Below are positions 9,077-21,311 of a DNA stretch of 25,818 nucleotides, piece by piece. Made by a program: the position numbers and the translations under genes. Source of the DNA: Octopus sinensis (Eukaryota); the NCBI RefSeq assembly GCF_006345805.1, contig NW_021836723.1:1-25818 (forward strand). The letters run 5' to 3'. Below the pieces are notes generated by a model that saw nothing but the letters and a program-made list of their open reading frames with translations, did not search any database and was not told the origin of the DNA. Within the stretch, counting starts at the first letter, position 1; the number at the start of each line of letters is the position of its first letter.

Positions 9077-9080
<4 letters not shown>
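8770..9080 (+). mobile_element. Internally deleted Penelope-like element: RT fragment (8770-8970) fused to family A terminal repeat copy 3 (8971-9080)
   Basis: MGYFE..WKRYLDD|WKENIDKLLNFKSTLNDINSNIQFTMEYNKEQL matches the PLE RT core (MGxxE; WxRYxDD; LNxIxxNIQFTxE..LPFLD) with a few residues lost after YLDD. It joins directly to tcgaagagcgtgggctcgaaacgtaaatgac.., the reverse complement of the repeats at 2493-2661 and 6536-6643. (TA)n follows at 9081. Confidence 0.85.
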
Positions 9081-9480
<400 letters not shown>

Positions 9481-10432
9481 ATTTATGTATTTTTATCACC
9501 AAAAAGCTCAAAATCCGACGGCTACTTCCAGAAAAAAAAAACGGAAAGGAAATGACATTGGATCAATGTTTCAAAAATTATATATTTTTATAAGTAAATA
9601 TTATTAGGAACTGTGTAAGAGAAATTATTAAAATATTTTGTGGATTGTAAAAGTGTAACCAAGTTATTGCAGATGAATTTCAACAATAAAAATATGAGAA
9701 ATATTGAACCTGGCTGAGAGCCACTGCATTAGATAATGTAGTTTTCCATATACCATCTCTTATAACAGAGATGGTCATGGCTTGAATTCTTGTTAATCGT
9801 AGGACTAATCTGGAGCTAAACAACCGCAAGAACAACAATATTTCCTTGTGAAATGAGTAACTTAAGCGAGATGTGACTCGTTAAGACAGCTAATCCGGCT
9901 TTCTTACATCATCACGAAACATTGAAGAGGAAAGATGAAGAAAGATGGCGATGTTGAGAGGCGAAAATAAATTTCAACACTTCTATAAAATGGAAGAGAA
10001 AATTTCACTGATTTCAATAGATTCATTATTTCAATACCACGTTTGATAAGCGCATCTTCGGAAGCTATTTTCGTCTGAAGGCGTCATTTTCCCCAGTGAA
10101 TCAACTGCTGCAGAGAACCATTAATAGACTTTTATGCATTTTCTTTGGCAGAAGAGACAAACAGACGAACGCAGTGGCAAACAACAAAAAGCAAACAAAA
10201 TAGCTAAACAAATAAACACGAATATGAAACAATTTTTTTTTCTTGTTTCTTTCGATCGTATAAATGGTTTGTTTGTTCATTTTATAACCGCTTCTAAATA
10301 CGTAAAATATGGAATGCGAAATACGAATAAAAGAAAAAACTGAGAGATTAAACTTGATAAACCATATTGATCGTCAATCGAATGGCATGCTAAACTGATT
10401 ATTTCTTGATTTAGCTATTTAGATATCTATTT

Positions 10433-10476
<44 letters not shown>

Positions 10477-10479
<3 letters not shown>

Positions 10480-11014
10480 AGTACACACACATATACACAC
10501 ATACGTTTCTGATTTTGTTTTCTTTTCTTTGAAAAGGAAATCAACTTTCAAAGTAATTCAAACATTCAGTTAACGATCGCTTTCCTTCTCTCTCTCATCC
10601 CCTCCTTTTCCTTTTATGCATACCTATATTCATACATGCTTCATAAATATATACACTCACACGCAAACACGTACACACAAACACACCTACACATATATAC
10701 ATATATACATTATATATACACCACACACACACACTATATATATATATATATATATGTAAGTACACACACATATACACACATAACGTTTCTGATTTTGTTT
10801 TTTTTCTTTGAAAAGGAATCAACTTTCAAAGTAATTCAAACATTCAGTTAACGATCGCTCTCCTTCTCTCTCTCATCCCCTCCTTTTCCTTTTATGCATA
10901 CCTATATTCATACATGCTTCATAAATATATACACTCACACGCAAACACGTACACACAAACACACCTACACATATATACATATATACATTTATATATATAT
11001 ACACACACACACAC

Positions 11015-11034
<20 letters not shown>
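10477..11034 (+). repeat. Tandem duplication of a 279 bp unit with (TA)n at each junction
   Basis: gtaagtacacac.. starts at 10477 and again at 10756; the copies differ by one visible substitution and a few short indels. Confidence 0.95.
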
Positions 11035-11046
<12 letters not shown>

Positions 11047-11177
11047 CGTATATAATATATCTGTACCAACATTAATATATACGTACTACCTCACATTCAT
11101 ATATGCGTGTGTGTGTGTATATAACACAGCTTCTATAACTGCTTTTTATTAGCGCCAGTTTAAATTAATCCAGATAA

Positions 11178-11640
<463 letters not shown>

Positions 11641-11661
11641 ATATATGCACCAACGCATACG

Positions 11662-12524
11662 AGCCTACCTGCAGCAGCAAAAGACTGGGAACTGAAAGTC
11701 GACTTGGGAAAGCAGCTGTGGTTACCTTGTTTTGAAGCATCTAAGCAGAGAGTTCTGTCGGAACCCTTCCTTCTCTGAGAGGACCGCACTGGTGAGGCAA
11801 ATCAGAATGTAACAGATTCGAAACCAAATCGCTGGGTAGCCGAGTAGGCATCACGATTTAACCGCAGTTGTTTCACGTGATCGGCCGACTAAGCGACCTA
11901 TTGGTCTCATGCCATCACGTGATTCGACTTCAACGGCAATCCCACAATAATGAGATATCCACTTGATATCTCTGTTCTTTTTCATCATCAGCCGATAGTA
12001 GACGGGAAACAGATTTTGTCGTCACGAATATAGTGCGATTATTTTCCACTTGTAGTGAGCCAGCCTAAGGTTGATATATTAGTTAACTGTCGTATATCCC
12101 ACTAGTATGTCTCTACTGTTGTGTAATTATCGCTGTTAATAATTGTTAAAAGGCCAACACAGAAAATATGTGCAGTAATAATATTGTCTTTTAAATATTC
12201 ACAAGCGTTGTTAGTTCTTTTTTCTTACATGAAGACCTACAAATATAATTTCATTCACAAAAGCCAAATACTTCCCGTGATAAAAGTAATAAAATTAAAT
12301 ATGATGACCTGGTGGAACTGCGTCAAATCAATGAGTAGCAAATAAAGTGTGAACCCATCGATGTGCGATGCAGAAGATTTTCAGGCCAGTTGTCCTGCAG
12401 AGCTTGTAGCATACTTTGCGTCAGAGGGGCCAGTAGACGGACAGCCACCAAGTTGGGTATGGACTCAGCAGGGATAGTCTCAAGGTTTCTGTGGATTAGG
12501 GGGCGCGAGACATGGAAGGAGTGA
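11662..12524 (+). mobile_element. HERO-type (R2 superfamily) non-LTR retrotransposon remnant, restriction-like endonuclease region, in two pieces (11662-11808 and 12291-12524)
   Basis: Piece 1: [38 protein letters not shown]. Piece 2: KIKYDDLVELRQINE*QIKCEPIDVRCRRFSGQLSCRACSILCVRGASRRTATKLGMDSAGIVSRFLWIRGRETWKE*. Both follow the HERO C-terminal pattern DWxLxVDLGKQL..ELTVPWEDR.EEA.ERK..KY..LV..C...GW...CEPIEVGCRGF.GQS..RA..LG..G..RR.A......A...SRWLWI.R..W. Confidence 0.85.
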
Positions 12525-12619
12525 TGCTATCAAAAGCTGTGCCAACTAAATTGAACGTTGACCGACTGTGACAGGATCGCTTATGTAAGGGTGTCGGAGG
12601 AAAATAAATCGCCAGCGAT

Positions 12620-13243
12620 CACACACACACATACATACATACACACATACATACATACACACATACATACATACATACATACGTACGTACGTACGTACGT
12701 ACGTACATACATACATACATACATACATACATACATACGTACGTACGTACGTACGTACATACATAATACATACATACATACATACATACATACATACGTA
12801 CGTACGTACGTACATACATACATACATACATACATACATACGTACGTACGTACATACATACATACATACATACATACATACGTACGTACGTACATACGTA
12901 CATACATATATATATACATACATACATACATACATACATACATACATACGTACATACATACATACATACATACATACATACATACATACGTACATACATA
13001 CATACATACATACATACATACGTACGTACGTACGTACGTACATACATACATACATACATACATACATACGTACGTACATACATACATACATACATACATA
13101 CATACATACATACATACGTACGTACATACATACATACATACATACATACATACATACATACATACATACATACATACATACGTACGTACATACATACATA
13201 CATACGTACATACATACATACATACATATATACATACATACAT
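12620..13243. repeat. ~620 bp tetranucleotide array of interleaved TACA and TACG units
   Basis: Seen directly; source of the HTYI/RTYV and MYVC ORFs. Confidence 0.95.
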
Positions 13244-13327
13244 CCGGAAACCGGTGATTGGATAGAGAAGAAAAAGAAAGTAAAATGATACAAGGAATCC
13301 GAAAAGAACGTCACTGAATCTATATAG

Positions 13328-16300
13328 CTTTTACATATTACAACCACCCCTCTCTCCATTTCCCCTGACTCTTCCCACTTTTTATAACCACCCCTCTCCT
13401 TATTTGCCTTAGCTCTTCCTACATGTTATAACCACCCCTCTCTCCATTTCCCCTGACTCTTCCCACTTTTTATAACCACCCCTCTCCTTATTTGCCTTAG
13501 CTCTCCCTACATGTTATAACCATCTCTCTCTTCATTTCCACTGACTCTTCCCACTTTTTATAACCACCCCTCTCCTTATTTGCCTTAGCTCTCCCTACAT
13601 GTTATAACCATCTCTCTCTTCATTTCCACTGACTCTTCCCACTTTTTATAACCACCCCTCTCCTTATTTGCCTTAGCTCTTCCCACATGTTATAACCATC
13701 TCTCTCTTCATTTCCACTGATTCTTCCCACTTTTAATAACCACCCCTCTCCTTATTTGCCTTAGCTCTTCCTACATGTTATAACCATCTCTCTCTTCATT
13801 TCCACTGACTCTTCCCACTTTTTATAACCACCCCTCTCCTTATTTGCCTTAGCTCTTCCCACTTGTTATAACCATCTCTCTCTTCATTTCCACTGACTCT
13901 TCCCACTTTTTATAACCACCCCTCTCCTCATTTGCCTCAACTCTTCCTACATGTTATAACCATCTCTCTCTTCATTTCCACTGACTCTTCCCACTTTTTA
14001 TAACCACCCCTCTCCTTATTTGCCTTAAATCTTCCTACATGTTATAACCATCTCTCTCTTCATTTCCACTGACTCTTCCCACTTTTTATAACCAACCCTC
14101 TCCTTATTTGCCTTAGCTCTCCCTACATGTTATAACCACCTCTCTCTTCATTTCCACTGACTCTTCCCACTTTTTATAACCACCCCTCTCCTTATTTGCC
14201 TTAACTCTTCCAACATGTTATAACATCTCTCTCTTCATTTCCACTGACTCTCCCACTTTTTATAACCACCCCTCTCCTTATTTGCCTAACTCTTCCTACA
14301 TGTATAACCATCTCTCTCTTCATTTCCACTGACTCTTCCCACTTTTTATAACCACCCCACCTCTCCTTATTTGCCTTAACTCTTCCCACATGTTATAACC
14401 ATCTCTCTCTCTCATTTCCACTGACTCTTCCCACTATTTATAACCACCCCTCTCCTTATTTGCCTTAACTCTTCCCACTTGTTATAACCATCTCTCTCTT
14501 CATTTCCACTGACTCATCCCACTTTTATAACCACCCTTCTCCTTATTTCCCCTGGCTCTTCCCACATATTATAATCTCTCTCTCCATTTCAGCTGGCTCT
14601 CCTCACATATTATAAGCACTATTCTCTCCATTTCCACTGACTCTTCCCACTTGTTATAACCATCTCTCTCTTCATTTCATGACTCTTCCCACTTTTAATA
14701 ACCACCCCTCTCCTATTGCCTTAGCTCTTCCTACATGTTATAACCATCTCCTCTCTTCATTTCCACTGACTCTTCCCACTTGTTATAACCACCCCTCTCC
14801 TTATTGCCTTAACTCTTCCCACATGTTATAACCATCTCTCTCTCATTTCCACTGACTCTTCCCACTTTTTATAACCACCCCTCCTTATTTGCCTTAGCTC
14901 TTCCTACATGTTATAACCATTCTCTCTTCATTTCCACTGACTCTTCCCACTTTTTATAACCACCCTCTCCTTATTTGCCTTAGCTCTTCCTACATGTTAT
15001 AACCATCTCTCTCTTCATTTCCACTGACTCTTCCACTTTTTATAACCACCCCTCTCCTTATTTGCCTTAGCTCTTCCTACATGTATAACCATCTCTCTCT
15101 TCATTTCCACTGACTTTCCCACTTTTTATAACCACCCCTCTCCTTATTTGCCTTAACTCTTCCCACATGTTATAACCATCTCTCTTCATTTCCACTGACT
15201 TCCCACTTTTTATAACCACCCCTCTCCTTATTTGCCTTAGCTCTTCCTACATGTTATAACCATCTCTCTCTTCATTTCCACTGACTCTTCCCACTTTTTA
15301 TAACACCCCTCTCCTTATTTGCCTTAGCTCTTCTACATGTTATAACCATCTCTCTCTTCATTTCCACTGACTCTTCCCACTTTTTATAACCACCCCTCTC
15401 CTTATTTGCCTTAACTCTTCCCACATGTTATAACATCTCTCTCTTCATTTCCACTGACTCTTCCCACTTTTATAACCACCCCTCTCTTATTTGCCTTAAT
15501 CTTCCCACATGTTATAACCATCTCTCTCTTCATTTCCACTGACTCTTCCACTTTTTATAACCAACCCTCTCCTTATTTGCCTTAACTCTTCCACATGTTA
15601 TAACCATCTCTTCTTCATTTCCACTGACTCTTCCACTTTTTATAACCACCCCTCTCCTTATTTGCCTTAACTCTTCCCACATGTTATAACCATCTCTCTC
15701 TTCATTTCCACTGACTCTTCCCACTTTTTATAACCACCCCTCTCCTTATTTGCCTTAGCTCTTCCTACATGTTATAACCATCTCTCTCTTCATTTCCACT
15801 GACTCTTCCCACTTTTTATAACCACCCCTCTCCTTATTTCCCCTTGCTCTTTACACATATTATAACCATCACTGTCTCTATTTCAGCTGGTTGTCTCCAC
15901 ATATTATAAGCACTATTCTCTCCATTTCCACTGACTCTTCCCACAAATAACAACTCCTTTCGTTATTTCCACTGGCTCTTCTCACATATTATAACCACCT
16001 CTCTCTTCATTTCCACTGGCTGTTCCCACATATAACCACCCCTCTCCTTTTTCCCCTTGCTCTTTACACATATTATAACCACTCCTCTCATTATTTCCAC
16101 TCTCATTATTTACATTTTATAACCACCACTCTCTTCATTTCCACTGGCTGTTCCCACTTATTATAACTACCCTTCTCCTTATTTCCCCTGGCTCTTCCCA
16201 CATATTATAATCACTATTCTCTCCATTTCCAATGACTCTTCCCACTTTTTATAACCACCCCTCTCCTTATTGCCTTAGCTCTTCCACATGTTATAACCAT

Positions 16301-19300
16301 TCTCTCTTCATTTCCACTGACTCTTCCCACTTTTATAACCACCCCCTCTCCTTATTTGCCTTAGCTCTTCCTACATGTTATAACCATCTCTCTCTTCATT
16401 TCACTGACTCTTCCCACTTTTTATAACAACCCTCTCCTTATTTGCCTTAGCTCTTCCCACTTGTTATAACCATCTCTTCTTCATTCCACTGACTCTTCCC
16501 ACTTTATAACCACCCCTCTCCTCATTTGCCTCAACTCTTCCACATGTTATAACCATTCTCTCTTCATTTCCATGACTCTTCCCACTTTTTACAACCACCC
16601 CTCTCCTTATTTGCCTTAAATCTTCCTACATGTTATAACCATCTCCCTCTTCACTTCCACTGACTCTTCCCACTTTTTATAACCAACCCTCTCCTATTTG
16701 CCTTAGCTTCTCCCTACATGTTATAACCACCTCTCTCTCATTTCCACTGACTCTTCCCACTTTTATAACCACCCCTCTCCTTATTTGCCTTAACTCTTCC
16801 CACATGTTATAACCATCTCTCTCTCTTCATTTCCACGACTCTTCCCACTTTTATAACCACCCCTCTCCTTATTTGCCTTAACTCTTCCAACATGTTATAA
16901 CCATCTCTCTCTTCATTTCCACTGACTCTTCCCACTTTTTATAACCACCCCTCTCCTTATTTGCCTTAACTCTTCCCACATGTTATAACCATCTCTCTCT
17001 TCATTTCCATGACTCTTCCCACTATTTATAACCACCCCTCCTTATTTGCCTTAACTCTTCCCACTTGTTATAACCATCTCTCTCTTCATTTCCACTGACT
17101 CATCCCACTTTTATAACCACCCTTCTCCTTATTTTCCCTGGCTCTTCCCACATATTATAATCTCTCTCTCCATTTCAGCTGGCTCTCCTCACATATTATA
17201 AGCACTATTCTCTCCATTTCCACTGACTCTTCCCACTTGTTATAACCATCTCTCTCTTCATTTCATGACTCTTCCCACTTTTAATAACCACCCCTCTCCT
17301 ATTGCCTTAGCTCTTCCTACATGTTATAACCATCTCCTCTCTTCATTTCCACTGACTCTTCCCACTTGTTATAACCACCCCTCTCCTTATTGCCTTAACT
17401 CTTCCCACATGTTATAACCATCTCTCTCTCATTTCCACTGACTCTTCCCACTTTTTATAACCACCCCTCCTTATTTGCCTTAGCTCTTCCTACATGTTAT
17501 AACCATTCTCTCTTCATTTCCACTGACTCTTCCCACTTTTTATAACCACCCTCTCCTTATTTGCCTTAGCTCTTCCTACATGTTATAACCATCTCTCTCT
17601 TCATTTCCACTGACTCTTCCACTTTTTATAACCACCCCTCTCCTTATTTGCCTTAGCTCTTCCTACATGTATAACCATCTCTCTCTTCATTTCCACTGAC
17701 TTTCCCACTTTTTATAACCACCCCTCTCCTTATTTGCCTTAACTCTTCCCACATGTTATAACCATCTCTCTTCATTTCCACTGACTCTTCCCAATTTTTA
17801 TAACCACCCCTCTCTTATTTGCCTTAGCTCTTCTACATGTTATAACCCTCTCTCTTCATTTCCACTGACTCTTCCCACTTTTTATAACCACCCCTCTCCT
17901 TATTTGCCTTAGCTCTTCCTACATGTTATAACCATCTCTCTCTTCATTTCCACTGACTCTTCCCACTTTTTATAACCACCCCTCTCCTTATTTGCCTTAG
18001 CTCTTCCTACATGTTATAACCATCTCTCTCTTCATTTCCACTGACTCTTCCCACTTTTTATAACCACCCCTCTCCTTATTTGCCTTAACTCTTCCCACAT
18101 GTTATAACCATCTCTCTCTTCATTTCCACTGACTCTTCCCACTTTTTATAACCACCCTCTCCTTATTTGCCTTAATCTTCACATGTTATAACCATCTCTC
18201 TCTTCATTTCCACTGACTCTTCCCACTTTTTATAACCACCCCTCTCCTTATTTGCCTTAACTCTTCCCACATGTTATAACCATCTCTCTCTTCATTTCCA
18301 CTGACTCTTCCCACTTTTTATAACCACCCCTCTCCTTATTTGCCTTAACTCTTCCCACATGTTATAACCATCTCTCTCTTCATTTCCACTGACTCTTCCC
18401 ACTTTTTATAACCACCCCTCTCCTTATTTGCCTTAGCTCTTCCTACATGTTATAACCATCTCTCTCTTCATTTCCACTGACTCTTCCCACTTTATAACCA
18501 CCCCTCTCCTTATTTCCCCTTGCTCTTTACACATATTATAACCATCACTGTCTCTATTTCAGCTGGTTGTCTCCACATATTATAAGCACTATTCTCTCCA
18601 TTTCCACTGACTCTTCCCACAAATAACAACTCCTTTCGTTATTTCCACTGGCTCTTCTCACATATTATAACCACCTCTCTCTTCATTTCACTGGCTGTTC
18701 CCACAATAACCACCCCTCTCTTTTTCCCCTTGCTCTTACACATATTATAACCACTCCTCTCATTATTTCCACTCTCATTATTTACATTTTATAACCACCA
18801 CTCTCTTCATTTCCACTGGCTGTTCCCACTTATTATAACTACCCTTCTCCTTATTTCCCCTGGCTCTTCCCACATATTATAATCACTATTCTCTCCATTT
18901 CCACTGACTCTTCCCACAAATAACCACTCCTCTCATTATTTCCACTGGCTCTTCTTACATATTATAACCACCTCTCTCTTCATTTCCACTGGCTGTTCCC
19001 ACATATAACCACCCCTCTCCTTATTTCCCCTTGCTCTTTACACATATTATAACCATCACTGTCTCTATTTCAGCTGGCTGTCTCCACATAGTATAAGCAC
19101 TATTCTCTCCATTTCCACTGACTCTTCCCACAAATAACCACTCCTCTCATTATTTCCACTGGCTCTTCTTACATATTATAACCACTCCTCTCATCATTTC
19201 CACTGGCTGTTCCCACTTATTATAACCACCCTTCTCCTTATTTTCCCTGGCTCTTCCCACATATTATAATCTCTCTCTCCATTTCAGCTGGCTCTCCTCA

Positions 19301-19460
19301 CATATTATAAGCACAATTCTCGCCATTTCCACTGACTCTTCTCACATATTATAACCACCCCTCTCCCTATTTCCACTGACTGTTCCCATATTTTATAATT
19401 CCCCTTCTCGTCATTTCCACTGCTTTTCCCCACATATTATAACAACGCATCTCTCAGTTT
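13328..19460 (+). repeat. ~6.1 kb satellite/minisatellite of 44 bp monomers (about 140), mostly alternating A/B as an 88 bp dimer
   Basis: A = TATAACCACCCCTCTCCTTATTTGCCTTAGCTCTTCCTACATGT; B = TATAACCATCTCTCTCTTCATTTCCACTGACTCTTCCCACTTTT; 32/44 identical. Monomer starts at 13383, 13427, 13471, 13515 and 13559 are 44 apart. Confidence 0.95.
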
Positions 19461-19600
19461 TCTCCCTCTTTTCCTCTCTGTAATGACCTTCCTTCTATAA
19501 ATATATCAAATTACCCTTCTCTCCAAAACTACCACCTCTCTCTTTCTCCCCCTCTCCTACGCTTATCATCTTTCCGCCGCTTTGTCTCCCCTTTTCTCTC

Positions 19601-19623
19601 CTTCTATCTGTCTGTCTCTCTGC

Positions 19624-19683
<60 letters not shown>

Positions 19684-19788
19684 TATCTATTCTATCTATT
19701 CTATCTATCTATCTATCTATCTATTCTATTCTTTTCTATCTATCTATCTATCTATCTATCTATTCTATTCTATTCTATTCTATTCTAT

Positions 19789-19833
<45 letters not shown>

Positions 19834-19865
19834 TCTATTCTTTTCTATCTATCTATCTATCTATC

Positions 19866-19933
<68 letters not shown>

Positions 19934-19999
19934 CTTATCTATCTATCAATCCGTCTGTCTGTCTATCTGTTTGTCTGTCTGTCTTCACTCACGTTCTGT

Positions 20000-20059
<60 letters not shown>

Positions 20060-20105
20060 AACTCGTTCTCTCTCTCTCTCTTTTTTTTCTCTCTCTTTCT
20101 CTCTT
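19601..20105. repeat. (TCTA)n/(TCTAT)n and (TC)n microsatellites
   Basis: Seen directly. Confidence 0.95.
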
Positions 20106-20199
20106 TCTATTTTAATGTTGTGTTCTAAAATTAGTATGAATATTTCATTTGTAGTGGCACGTATGTTTATTGATCATATAAACGTTACCATAATTGTAA

Positions 20200-21300
20200 T
20201 CGCCTGCACTTTATGTATGCGAGTGTATGCGCGCGGGAGTTCGCGTATGCGTGTATGGGAGGGAGTGGTCGTGGTGTTGGCGTGTTTGGTCTCGTGTGCT
20301 TGCGTATGGCCTCGTGTACATTATGTATGTGCGTGTAAGTATAGAACCATGCCTATTTATCCAGCTTACGTAATGTGAGCTGCATTTCATGAATTTATAG
20401 TAAAGTAAATCTATATTCTGATGGAACATGTGTGCGGATACACGTGAGCCTGTGTGTGTGTGTGTGTATGTGCATATGTGAGTGTGTGTGTGTGCGCGCG
20501 TATCTATATGTCTGTGTGTAAGTGTGTGTGTGTATGTAAGTTTGTTTGTCTGTGCATGTGTTCGTGTATATGTGTGTGTGTGTCCGTGTGTGTGTGTGTG
20601 TGTCCATATGTGTGTGTGTACATATATAAGTGTATGTACATATATAAGTGTGTGTGTGTACGTATCTGTGTGCTTGTGCGTGTGTATGTGTGTGCGTGTC
20701 CGTGTGTCCGTGTGTGTGTCCAATGTGTGTGTGTCCATGTGTGTGTGTGGGTACACGTGAGCGTTTGTGTGTGTGTGTGTGTGTACATATGTGAGTGTGT
20801 TTGTGCACGTATCTGTGTGTCTGTGCGTAAGTGTGTATGTGTGTGTGTATCCGTGTATGTGTGTACGTCCGTGTCTGTGTGTGCATGTGTGTGTGTGTGT
20901 GTGTGCTTGTATCCGTGTGTGTGCGCTTGTATCTGTGTGTGTGTATGTGTGTGTGCTTGTGCGTGCGTATGGGCGTATGTGTCCATGTGTGTGTGTGTGC
21001 GCGCGTGCACGTGTGTATGTACACGTGTGTGTGCGTGTGTGTATGTGTGCGTGCGTGTATGTTTATTTCTCTAGTTTCCTGTGTATCTATCTCTGAATTT
21101 CTCTCTCTCTCCCTCTATATCTGTGTGTATCTTTCTCTCAGTCTCATTCTCTTTCTCTCTCTCCCACGCTTTCTCTGTTGTATTACATGTGCGAATGTAT
21201 ATAGGAGAGAGAGAGAGAGGGAGAGAGAGAGAGAGAAAGAGAGAGAAAGAGAAAGAGAGAGAAAGAGAGAGAAAGAGAAAGGGATAGAAAGATAGCTTTA
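20200..21300. repeat. Degenerate (TG)n field followed by (TC)n and (GA)n tracts
   Basis: Seen directly; source of the CV/HT ORFs. Confidence 0.9.
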
Positions 21301-21311
21301 CACATACATGA

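Noticed and set aside
9752-9775. 9 bp-stem hairpin accatctct-tataac-agagatggt resembling the satellite monomer
   Set aside because: Too short to distinguish from chance; no terminator logic applies in this context.
11985-11991. CUGAUGA on the minus strand as another hammerhead (also CUGAAGA near 5021, 23510 and 24965)
   Set aside because: No stem II followed by GAAA, and no stem I or III.
13328-19460. Regular repeat as a CRISPR array or a repeat-protein gene
   Set aside because: There are no unique spacers and no cas genes, and the context is eukaryotic. Units of 44 and 88 bp are not multiples of three, and the ORFs are short and frameshifted.
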